Shown in pieces: positions 11,301-19,114 of a DNA stretch of 64,000 nt (position 1 is the stretch's first letter; every line of letters begins with the position of its first letter). A program made the translations under genes and the position numbers. The notes below the pieces were generated by a model, which worked only from the letters and a program-made list of their open reading frames with translations, searched no databases and was not told the DNA's origin. The DNA comes from an uncultured delta proteobacterium (GTDB taxonomy: Bacteria > Desulfobacterota > RBG-13-43-22), in NCBI GenBank assembly GCA_963711835.1, contig CAVQFQ010000018.1, positions 1-64,000 of the forward strand, written 5' to 3'.

Positions 11301-11538
11301 ACTGACCCACTGGAGAATCTATAACCAGGCCTTTGTCCAAAAACTTTTTCTGACCTTGGGGACCTATGTCCAGCACGGCTATGCCCCGGAAGCCATCTGG
11401 TCGGTCCGCTACCAGCAGGATATCGATTTTTCAGACACCCAGGCCTTACTCTGGGGGATTACCTACGGTAGAAGGGTCTATGACGGGGATCCAGTGGACG
11501 ACTACACCTTTTACCTGACCTATCGCTGGAGGTTTTAA
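8344..11538 (+). CDS. pgaA: PNAG export porin with N-terminal SPOR-like domain, TPR repeats and C-terminal beta-barrel
   Basis: Signal peptide, many TPRs, the PYFNP motif and a terminal YRWRF barrel signal; first gene of pgaABCD. Confidence 0.88.
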   Translation: MKNRAIGLILGIVLFSLFRAPAAGLASEKIFTIQVSSCLLAESAEQKFQEAVQKLKEKERPALRIEKIKNFYTVRIGSFDTKSEAQKYLSLISTRQPQAYILEGINDSRRLIKTADPSPPAFTHPSGPGNPKAPDPETNWGQAKELANKGEYQKALRLLEPFISNPLDYPALMTDYLVILIWDKRGEEAIKLFEALPPSFPKRPYLLRNLGKVYYDNGAFSKALSLYQDALQQTPSDEQAQVGLTLSLIRTGQTNKASKALEVFLKENPHSFALGLAQARLLALQGQTLPALKAFRTLTEQHRKESNSVYSVQEELFSDLPAAKKEDLLAGLHSAMEKGDTLAALDHIWVSSLNKEYPAAIKTFEAKPVEPEKYPEYHLSWVAWAYFKTGQLEKARSLYQTILKNTPNYLRARLGLAYCLAASGEGDQALPLLDPMVEADPDTLDIRFARAFVYEKLRRFWPAILEYDLILKRSPENPTARKLRLQALSDLGASSIALDAAVKEMPRDQELAKTLQGDLAVDRINWEEPREALTILTPLLVEPGNLRARFDALVALVENKNMPEAVKAYNQLILEKIPIPYWVLQQVASAYLYLEEPEKALQLYDKVLEENPTSFVARMGKFYTLQEMRQWKAGRELLDSLDHEIPAVLGEGNFTYPNWPKMEIALDRAWFLAYEGRLAEAEGLFWELRKKAPAHMGARTGLAQVYLWRGWPDRALREFNIVDTLDPASYKAAIGRALALNDLILKKEARQLAESLYREHPEDKHVQQLVRRLEVEDKNELVADFVFHRDEDGYEDSKFSLTLTSRPWFYKTRFYAFLLWEQSSFENLMQSYRRAGLGITHLFNRNWGFRQHFSIDYDSGGKFGSYTQIHYAPDDYWKFSLSYDSYSTDIPLRARVFGITGDQLSGQINFRESDWRQVYLTLNVFKYSDGNERDQILLGYEQGLLVKNDWRMRLYLDLFMSNNTRGDAPYFNPSQDLSFTVTHLTELTHWRIYNQAFVQKLFLTLGTYVQHGYAPEAIWSVRYQQDIDFSDTQALLWGITYGRRVYDGDPVDDYTFYLTYRWRF

Positions 11539-13460
11539 TGTTCAGGCGCTTCTTACTTCCCCTGATAGCCTTTTTTCTATTAGTACCGGAAACCTCTCGG
11601 GCCGCTCAGGAGATGAAACCGGGAGAATTTCTGGTGCTCACCTACCACGCCGTTCTTCCCAAAGCCAAGCCCTCGGACACCTATACCCTTTCCCAGGACC
11701 GCTTTGTAGAGCAGATGGAATATCTGCGGACCCACGGCTACCAGCCCGTTTCTTTAAATGACCTCCTTCAGGCCAGGCAGGGCATTAAGGCCCTTCCCCA
11801 AAAACCGGTCCTTCTTTCATTTGATGATGCCTATCTCTCCTATTATCAATTCGTCATCCCGGTTCTCGAAAAATATAATTTCCCGTCCATCCTGGGGGTG
11901 GTGGGCCGTTTTATCGAGAATCCCCCGCCGGGATTCCCGGAACCCCTGATGAGCTGGGATCAGCTTCGGCAAGCGGCCTCAAATAAACTGGTCGAAGTGG
12001 TTTCCCATACCTATGACCTTCACAAGGCCGTTATCTACAACCCCCAGGGAAATGTCGGGGCGGCTGTGGCCTTGCGGGCCTATAATCCGGCCACCCGACG
12101 CTACGAAAGCGATGCGGAGTATAGAAGCCGTATGGCCGCCGATTTTAAACAGCAGGAGGTCCTCTTTCAAAAGCAGTTGGGCGTTATTCCCCGGGCCGTT
12201 ATCTGGCCTTATGGGTGGAATACCGCCCTGAGCCGGGAAGTGGCCGGGAAGGCGGGATTTCTTTTTGGTTTTACCACGGAAGAAGGCTTGGCCGATCTGA
12301 ACCGCCTGGACGGCATCAACCGCTTTATGATCCGGAACGACTCCCTGCCGGACTTTATCCGGATCCTGAACCACCCGGATCGTGAAAGGCCTCTTCTGCG
12401 AGTTGTTCAGGCGGATCTGGACCTGATTTATGACCCACGATCCGAGGAGCAAACCGATCGCAATTTGGGTAAGTTAATTGATCGCCTGATGGCCATGAAG
12501 GTCAATACGGTTTTCCTCCAGGCCTTTGCCGACCCGGAGGGCACCGGCAACATCAAGAGTGTTTACTTCCCCAACCGGGTCTTGCCGGTCCGAGCCGATA
12601 TTTTCAGCCATGCCGTTCATCAGATGGTCATCCGCGGGCTGAAAGTTTACGCCTGGTTGCCCACCCTCAGTATTGATCTGCCTGACCCCGGACTTAATGA
12701 CCGTCTCAAGGTGCGGGAAAAAACAGATGAAAAAACCCGGCTCAGCCGATCCTGGTATAACCGATTAACCCCTTTTGATGACCGGGTTAGAGAACTGGTG
12801 GGCACCCTCTACGAAGATATAGCCGCGCAGGCCCTGATCCATGGGGTTCTCTTCCAGGATGACGCCTATTTGACCGACCGGGAAGATTTTCATCCCTCGG
12901 CCCTGGCCCTTTATGAAACGCGTTTCGGGAAGGACTTCGCCAAACAGATCCAAGATCCCAAAGGAGAAAAACAATGGGCTCGTTTCAAAACCGAGACCTT
13001 GCTCCATTTTACCGAGGACCTGAAGGAAAGGGTCCGCCGCTTTCGGCCCCAGGCCTTGTTTGCCAGGAATCTGTATGCCCGGGTCCTTATGGATCCCGAA
13101 TCGGAGAATTGGTTCGCCCAGAACTACGAGCTCTCCTTGAACCACTATGATTATGTAGTCCTGATGGCTTATCCCCAAATGGAAAAAGCCGCTCAGCCCA
13201 GGCCCTGGCTCAGGCAATTAACTCAAAAAGTGAAGGCCTTTCCTGCCGGACCCCCCAAGACCGTTTTTAAACTCCAGTCCTTTGACTGGCAGACCAGGTC
13301 CTGGCTGCCCGCTGCCTTTCTTCTGGAAGAAATGCGTGATATTTTAAGTTCGGGCGGAAAACATATCGGCTATTATCCGGATAATCTTTGGGAGGACAAA
13401 CCCGATCTGGAAACCGTTTGGCTGGAAATGTCCACCCAAAGCTATCCTTTTTTGAAATAG
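11538..13460 (+). CDS. pgaB: PNAG N-deacetylase / GH153 hydrolase
   Basis: LTYH, LSFDDAY, SHTYDLH, DLDLIYD, VFLQAFADP and GYYPDN motifs. Confidence 0.93.
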   Translation: MFRRFLLPLIAFFLLVPETSRAAQEMKPGEFLVLTYHAVLPKAKPSDTYTLSQDRFVEQMEYLRTHGYQPVSLNDLLQARQGIKALPQKPVLLSFDDAYLSYYQFVIPVLEKYNFPSILGVVGRFIENPPPGFPEPLMSWDQLRQAASNKLVEVVSHTYDLHKAVIYNPQGNVGAAVALRAYNPATRRYESDAEYRSRMAADFKQQEVLFQKQLGVIPRAVIWPYGWNTALSREVAGKAGFLFGFTTEEGLADLNRLDGINRFMIRNDSLPDFIRILNHPDRERPLLRVVQADLDLIYDPRSEEQTDRNLGKLIDRLMAMKVNTVFLQAFADPEGTGNIKSVYFPNRVLPVRADIFSHAVHQMVIRGLKVYAWLPTLSIDLPDPGLNDRLKVREKTDEKTRLSRSWYNRLTPFDDRVRELVGTLYEDIAAQALIHGVLFQDDAYLTDREDFHPSALALYETRFGKDFAKQIQDPKGEKQWARFKTETLLHFTEDLKERVRRFRPQALFARNLYARVLMDPESENWFAQNYELSLNHYDYVVLMAYPQMEKAAQPRPWLRQLTQKVKAFPAGPPKTVFKLQSFDWQTRSWLPAAFLLEEMRDILSSGGKHIGYYPDNLWEDKPDLETVWLEMSTQSYPFLK

Positions 13461-13467
13461 GACCCCC

Positions 13468-14715
13468 ATGCAGGCCTTTTTTCAAACCCTGAACGAATTT
13501 GTTTATCTCTACCCGCTCCTGATGAGTCTGGTCTGGATGATTGGGGCGACAATTTTTTATAGCCGCCACGAAGGGAAAAAAGCCACCCTCCCGGTCCTGA
13601 ACGAATACCCCTTTTTTTCGATCCTGATTCCCTGCCATAATGAGGAAAAACAGATCCGGGAAACCGTTCTCCATCTCCTGGACCAGGATTATCCCAACTT
13701 CGAGATCCTGGCTATTGATGACGGCAGCACGGATAAGACCGCCGACCTCCTCCATGAACTCAGTCGAGGCCAGGAACGGGTTCGAGCCCTCTATTTAAGG
13801 GAAAACCAGGGGAAAGGATCGGCCTTAACCCTGGGTTCTTTAATGGCCCGGGGGGATTTAATCGTCACCATCGATGCCGATGCTTTATTGGATGTCTCGG
13901 CCCTTAAATGGCTGGCCTGGCATTTCCTTAACTTCCCTCGGGTCGGGGCCATCACCGGAAACCCCCGGGTCCTGAACCGTACCTCTCTGCTGGGCAAAAT
14001 ACAGACCGGTGAATACGCCACTATTATCGGGCTCATCAAACGGACCCAGCGTTTATTGGGCAAGGTATTGACCGTTTCCGGTGTGATCGCAGCCTTCCGG
14101 AAACAGGCCCTCTTCTCGGTCGGATTCTGGGATCCCACCATGGTCACCGAGGATATCGATATCACCTGGAAACTGGAAAAGCGCTTTTGGGATGTCCGCT
14201 ACGAGCCCCATGCCGTCTGCTGGATACGAGTACCCGAGACGCTTCGAGGCCTTTGGCGCCAGCGCCTGCGCTGGGCCCAGGGAGGGATCGAGGTCATGAA
14301 AAAACATTGGGATATCTGGGGGCACTGGAGACAACGGCGTTTGTGGCCGGTTTATCTGGAATATGTCGCCAGCGCAGTCTGGGCCTATGCCTTCTGGTCG
14401 ATCTTGATCTTGTGGGGGATCCAGGAAATCTTCCAGCTCGTCTTCCCGGTTTCGTTCAAACCCCCCATCCCTCCCCGTTGGACCGGTTCCATTCTGGCTC
14501 TGGCCTGTACCATTCAGTTCCTGGTGAGTATTTGCGTGGATCGAAGATACGAAAAAAAACTTTTTAAGTATCTTTTCTGGGTCATCTGGTACCCTTTTTT
14601 ATACTGGATGATTAATGCCTTGACCTTGGTTATCGCCACCCCTAAAGCCCTTTTTAAGAAAAAGGGCACCCGGGCGGTTTGGGCCAGTCCCGACCGGGGG
14701 CTGGATAAACTATAA
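13468..14715 (+). CDS. pgaC: Poly-beta-1,6-GlcNAc synthase (GT2)
   Basis: DDGS, DAD, TED and QRLRW motifs; ends WASPDRG. Confidence 0.95.
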   Translation: MQAFFQTLNEFVYLYPLLMSLVWMIGATIFYSRHEGKKATLPVLNEYPFFSILIPCHNEEKQIRETVLHLLDQDYPNFEILAIDDGSTDKTADLLHELSRGQERVRALYLRENQGKGSALTLGSLMARGDLIVTIDADALLDVSALKWLAWHFLNFPRVGAITGNPRVLNRTSLLGKIQTGEYATIIGLIKRTQRLLGKVLTVSGVIAAFRKQALFSVGFWDPTMVTEDIDITWKLEKRFWDVRYEPHAVCWIRVPETLRGLWRQRLRWAQGGIEVMKKHWDIWGHWRQRRLWPVYLEYVASAVWAYAFWSILILWGIQEIFQLVFPVSFKPPIPPRWTGSILALACTIQFLVSICVDRRYEKKLFKYLFWVIWYPFLYWMINALTLVIATPKALFKKKGTRAVWASPDRGLDKL

Positions 14716-14739
14716 GCCGGAGGAGGGATCCCTTAGTCC

Positions 14740-15231
14740 ATGCCTGAAATCGAAATTATCGACAACCCCAAGCTGAAAAGTTTTTTAAGAACGGTGACCG
14801 AGGCGGGTTTCACCAGCCTGATGTGGGGGGGCTGGATCTATCTCTTTTTGCCCGTTTTGAATATTATCTTATGGTACTTTGGAATACGGCTTTTTTATCT
14901 CGAAGTGGTTCAGACAGCCGGTTATAAAGAGTTTTTTGTACTCTTAGGCCGGGTGGGCTGGAGTATTTTAATTATCTTTGCGATTTTACGGTTGTGGGGC
15001 TTTTATAATCTCCGGAGATTCGGCAAACGGAATCGCCGTACCCAACACCCAGCCAATCAGGAGAATGAAAAAATGGCGGCCTATTTTCATCTGACCCCCT
15101 CTCAGTTCGATCGAATACGCTCCAGCCGGGAAGCGGTTTGGCCGGTTATTATGGAGCCGGAACTGGATGTTCAGGAGATGCTGAGTACGAAACAAAACCC
15201 CGATCTTCTTGCCGGAGGCAAAACGGCTTAA
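14740..15231 (+). CDS. pgaD: PNAG biosynthesis membrane protein
   Basis: Two TM helices and the WGFYNLRRF motif; follows pgaC. Confidence 0.85.
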   Translation: MPEIEIIDNPKLKSFLRTVTEAGFTSLMWGGWIYLFLPVLNIILWYFGIRLFYLEVVQTAGYKEFFVLLGRVGWSILIIFAILRLWGFYNLRRFGKRNRRTQHPANQENEKMAAYFHLTPSQFDRIRSSREAVWPVIMEPELDVQEMLSTKQNPDLLAGGKTA

Positions 15232-15424
15232 CGGCCGTTGACCTAATAACTCAGCCTCAGAAATCGTGTATAACGACGCAAGGCCTCGGCCCGCAGGGTC
15301 GCCTTTCCTTGATTTTCCTGGGTCTCTTGAAATTCCGGGACCTCTTTAAGGAGTTTTTGGAAATAACCCTATATGGCAAGACGGTCCTGAATGGTTTTTG
15401 TTCCTTTCCCTGAAAGAGGTGATG

Positions 15425-16453
15425 ATGCGTGTAGCCCTGTACTATAACAACCGGGATATCCGGGTTGAAGAAATGCCCCGTCCCAAAGTCGGTCCGGGAG
15501 AGATCCTGTTGCGGATCGAAGCCAGCGGTATTTGCGGTAGCGATGTCATGGAATGGTACCGCATCCACAAGGCCCCCCTGGTCCTGGGCCATGAAATTGC
15601 CGGCCAGGTGGTTGAGGTCGGACCCGGGGTGGAAAAATACCGGACTGGCGACCGGGTGGCCGCCTCCCATCACGTCCCCTGCAATACCTGCCCATATTGT
15701 TTGAGCGGCCATCACACGGTCTGCGACACCCTGAGAACAACCAATTTTCATCCCGGGGGATTTGCGGAATACGTGCTCCTGCCGCCCATCAATGTCGATC
15801 GGGGGGTATACCGCCTGCCCGATGAGATGACCTATGAAGAAGCTACCTTTATCGAACCTCTGGCCTGCGTCTTCCGGGCCCAGCGGATGGCCAAGGTGTC
15901 TCCCGGTCAGACGGTCCTGGTTATCGGCAGCGGCATTTCCGGACTCCTCCACATCCAGTTGGCCAAGTCCCTGGGGGCCGGCAACATAATTGCCACGGAT
16001 GTAAGCGCCCACCGGCTCAAAGCCGCCAAGGATCTGGGGGCCCGGGAGGTTTTTCAGGCCCGAGATTTTTCCCCGGAGAGCCTGCGCCGGGTAAACCAGG
16101 GTTATCTGGCCGACCGGGTCATAGTCTGCGCCGGTGCCAGAGAAGCCCAGGTTCAGGCCCTAGCCGCGGGGGAACGAGGTGGAACGATCCTCTTCTTCGC
16201 CCCCACCGATCAGGGAGTGACCGTTCCTCTTTCTATTAATGACCTTTTCTTCAGAAACGATATTACGTTGACCACCTCGTATGCCGGCAGCCCGGCCGAC
16301 CATTGGCGGGCCCTGCAAATGATCCAGGCCGGTGTGCTTAACATCCCAAGGATGATCACCCATCGCTTTGGCCTGGCCGATACCGTCAAGGGCTTTCAAT
16401 TGGTGACCGAGGCCCAGGAATCCGTCAAAGTCATCATCGAACCGCAACGCTAA
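15425..16453 (+). CDS. Zn-dependent alcohol/sugar-alcohol dehydrogenase (MDR family)
   Basis: GICGSD, GHE, CNTCPYC and GSGISG motifs. Confidence 0.88.
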   Translation: MRVALYYNNRDIRVEEMPRPKVGPGEILLRIEASGICGSDVMEWYRIHKAPLVLGHEIAGQVVEVGPGVEKYRTGDRVAASHHVPCNTCPYCLSGHHTVCDTLRTTNFHPGGFAEYVLLPPINVDRGVYRLPDEMTYEEATFIEPLACVFRAQRMAKVSPGQTVLVIGSGISGLLHIQLAKSLGAGNIIATDVSAHRLKAAKDLGAREVFQARDFSPESLRRVNQGYLADRVIVCAGAREAQVQALAAGERGGTILFFAPTDQGVTVPLSINDLFFRNDITLTTSYAGSPADHWRALQMIQAGVLNIPRMITHRFGLADTVKGFQLVTEAQESVKVIIEPQR

Positions 16454-16559
16454 ATTTCCGCTTGTTTTTATGAGGTTGACTGGATAAACTGGAACCTGAA
16501 TTGGCTCAAGGAAAGCGACCTTAACGCCTTGCGCCTAACGCCTTAAACCGGAGGTTACT

Positions 16560-17342
16560 ATGGATTGGGGATTGAAAAATCGTTTATCGCGGATCATCAA
16601 ACCGGAAACCGGACGAACCCTTATGCTGGCCGTGGACCATGGCTATTTTCTGGGTCCCACCGCAGGCCTGGAAAAACCGGAGAAGACCATCGCCCCCTTG
16701 ATCCCCTTTGCCGATTCTCTGATGCTCACCCGGGGGATCTTGCGGACCTCGGTGGACAGTACGGCCTCGGTGCCTATCGTGCTGCGGGTTTCCGGCGGAA
16801 CCAGCGTCCTCAAGGAACTCTCCAATGAAGAAATCACTACCTCTATGGAAGAGGCCATCCGCTTGAACGTTTGCGGCGTTGCCCTTTCCATTTTTGTCGG
16901 GGCGGAATATGAAAAGCAGACCCTGCTCTCTTTGTCACGCCTGGTCAACGAAGGGGAAAAATACGGCATCCCGGTGTTGGCGGTAACTGCGGTTGGGAAA
17001 GAAATGGGCCGGGATGTGCGCTACTTGAGCTTGGCCTCCCGCATTGCCGCTGAATTAGGAGCCCATTTCGTCAAAACCTACTACTGCGATGGTTTCGAAA
17101 ACCTGGTCAACAGCGTTCCGGTGCCGGTGGTTATTGCCGGGGGCAAAAAACTCCCCGAACCGGAGGCTCTTCAACTGGCCTATGATGCCATTCAAAGAGG
17201 AGCCGTGGGGGTCGATATGGGCCGCAACATCTTTCAGGCCGATCACCCAGTGGCCATGATCCAGGCCGTGCGGGCCATCGTCCACAAAAACGCTGCTCCC
17301 CAGGAGGCCTTTGAATTATATAATAGTCTAAAAAATTCCTGA
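16560..17342 (+). CDS. lsrF: LsrF-type thiolase / class I aldolase (DhnA family)
   Basis: MDWGLKNRLSRI, AVDHGYFLGPT, VKTYY, IAGGKK and GVDMGRNIFQ motifs. Confidence 0.85.
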   Translation: MDWGLKNRLSRIIKPETGRTLMLAVDHGYFLGPTAGLEKPEKTIAPLIPFADSLMLTRGILRTSVDSTASVPIVLRVSGGTSVLKELSNEEITTSMEEAIRLNVCGVALSIFVGAEYEKQTLLSLSRLVNEGEKYGIPVLAVTAVGKEMGRDVRYLSLASRIAAELGAHFVKTYYCDGFENLVNSVPVPVVIAGGKKLPEPEALQLAYDAIQRGAVGVDMGRNIFQADHPVAMIQAVRAIVHKNAAPQEAFELYNSLKNS

Positions 17343-17557
17343 GGTTTTAGTTTCCTGCAAAAACATTTAGAGTAAGAATAAAGGGTCCTGCCCCTTATCA
17401 GGACCCTCTCTCTACCCCTGATTAAATCCACTGACAGATGGCACAACTTTATGGGATGGCTCTATCCTATTCCATACTGTAAATTCCTAATAAGGGATTC
17501 CATGTGAAAAAGTGATGCACTCCCTGCACCAACGTCCCCCCATACGATAATTTTTTA

Positions 17558-17586
17558 TTGACGCCTGTACAAAAATACAGTATTCA
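17558..17586 (+). promoter_or_regulatory. lexA promoter with a LexA box (CTGT-N8-ACAG, 17565-17580) in the -35/-10 spacer
   Basis: TTGACG at 17558-63, 17 bp spacer, TATTCA. The palindrome CTGTACAAAAATACAG lies 14 bp before the ATG and there is no SD, so the mRNA may be leaderless. Confidence 0.75.
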
Positions 17587-17594
17587 CTAAAATC

Positions 17595-18206
17595 ATGCCA
17601 GCGCTTACAACCCGACAGAATGAGATTTTGGCTTTCCTCCGGGATTACCACAATCACCATGGCTACCCCCCGTCTCTTCGAGAGCTGGCCACCCATTTCC
17701 GGGTCTATCCGAATGCCATCCAGGACCACCTCAAGGCCCTGATACGGAAAGGATATCTGATCCGGGAACCCAACCGCTCCCGGGGGCTGCGTCTGATCCC
17801 TTTTACCCGCTCTTTGCGTACCATCCCCCTCTATGGGGCCATCCCGGCGGGAGACCCCCTGCTTATCGAGGAAACCCCTGAGGGCTATATGGTCCTGCCG
17901 GAAGTCTGGACCCGCGGGAAGGAGGTCTTTCTCCTCCGGGTCCGGGGAGAGAGCATGAGCCCTTACATCCTTCCGGGGGATCAGGTCATCGTCCGTCGCC
18001 AGGAGCACCTTCCCCAGGGGGCGGTGGGGGTCTTTCGCCTGGAAGGGGAAGTTACCCTGAAGCGCTACTTTCGCGAGAAGGATCGCGTCATACTGAAAGG
18101 GGATTCCCCGGAGTTTGTCCCCATGGTTTTGAAAGGGCGGGAACTGGCGGCTCTGGTCATCCTGGGCAGGGTGACCGGGATCTATCGTTCCGTGGAGAAA
18201 GGATGA
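17595..18206 (+). CDS. lexA: SOS repressor LexA
   Basis: LTTRQ..HGYPPSLRELA winged HTH, IPAG cleavage site, GESM (Ser) and VTLKR (Lys). Confidence 0.93.
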   Translation: MPALTTRQNEILAFLRDYHNHHGYPPSLRELATHFRVYPNAIQDHLKALIRKGYLIREPNRSRGLRLIPFTRSLRTIPLYGAIPAGDPLLIEETPEGYMVLPEVWTRGKEVFLLRVRGESMSPYILPGDQVIVRRQEHLPQGAVGVFRLEGEVTLKRYFREKDRVILKGDSPEFVPMVLKGRELAALVILGRVTGIYRSVEKG

Positions 18207-18235
18207 ATCAATGGTTTTGAGGGCTGCCTTGAAAA

Positions 18236-18829
18236 ATGAATGACCTGATTCCCTTAAAAGAAATTAGACGGCTGGCCTTATCCGGAGGAAGCATCCTCTT
18301 TTTTGGAGAGGCCATGTCCCGCCTCTCGGCCTACCTGATGGGTCTGCTGTCGGCCCGAGGGTCACCTCTTACCCTGGTTGATGCCGCCCAAGCCTTTGAT
18401 CCCTATCGGGTAGCCAGGATAGGCCGCTTTAAGGGAATTCCCCCGCGCCTGCTCCTGGAACGTATCCGCCTCAGCCGGGCCTTCACCTGCCACCAACTGG
18501 TAACCCTGCTCTGTGAGACCCTGCCTCGGGACGGAAGGAAAGAGCCCCTTTTCATCCTGGGTCCCTGTGGTCTGTTTTATGATGATCAGGTGGCCTTGAA
18601 GGAGCGGCAGGCCCTTTTCAAACAAGTACTCCGTTCCCTGAAAGGGTTAAAAGAAAGAGGCCGGAGGATTTTTCTCTTCCAGCCCCCGTTAGCCAGGCAA
18701 ATCAAAACCTATTATTTCGGCCGGGACCTGGCCCGTTCGGTCCGCTGGGTTATCCGAGTTCAGTGGGCGAAAGAAAAATTGGAAGGCCGGCTTTATCCCT
18801 CCTTCGCCCTTCCGGCGAGAAAGGATTAG
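18236..18829 (+). CDS. Degenerate RecA/RadA-fold protein (ImuA-like / PolB2-associated)
   Basis: LVDAAQAFDPY and RIRLSRAFTCHQL RadA-like motifs; no Walker A. Confidence 0.7.
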   Translation: MNDLIPLKEIRRLALSGGSILFFGEAMSRLSAYLMGLLSARGSPLTLVDAAQAFDPYRVARIGRFKGIPPRLLLERIRLSRAFTCHQLVTLLCETLPRDGRKEPLFILGPCGLFYDDQVALKERQALFKQVLRSLKGLKERGRRIFLFQPPLARQIKTYYFGRDLARSVRWVIRVQWAKEKLEGRLYPSFALPARKD

Positions 18830-18831
18830 CG

Positions 18832-19107
18832 GTGGGACGGACCGTCCTGCCTTTCAGCCAGGCCTTGGAGCGAGAGTATGGAGACTGGAAGAAGTTCCGC
18901 CGCGGATTGCGTCGGGAGGACCAGGAGATTTTAGACCGGCTTTTCGACCTGGCCCGCATCCATGTCCAGGCCGGGGTCTATGCCTCCCGCCCCTGGCCGT
19001 TGGAGACCATCCTGATCTCAATTCTCATTGAACAGGAAAAGGGCCTCCAGACCCTCCGGAAAGAGGTAACGGAAATGCGCGACCAACTGCTCCATCTTGA
19101 GAAATAA
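18832..19107 (+). CDS. Small alpha-helical PolB2-associated protein (91 aa)
   Basis: GTG start after an AAGGA SD. MGRTV..W..FRRGLR.EDQ..LDRLF resembles the small protein encoded beside archaeal PolB2. Confidence 0.72.
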   Translation: MGRTVLPFSQALEREYGDWKKFRRGLRREDQEILDRLFDLARIHVQAGVYASRPWPLETILISILIEQEKGLQTLRKEVTEMRDQLLHLEK

Positions 19108-19114
19108 ACAAGCA

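Noticed and set aside
15257-16012. 251-aa minus-strand ORF
   Set aside because: Antisense shadow of the Zn-dehydrogenase; no motifs.
17438-17455. TGGCAC sigma-54-like -24 element upstream of lexA
   Set aside because: No GC at the -12 position.
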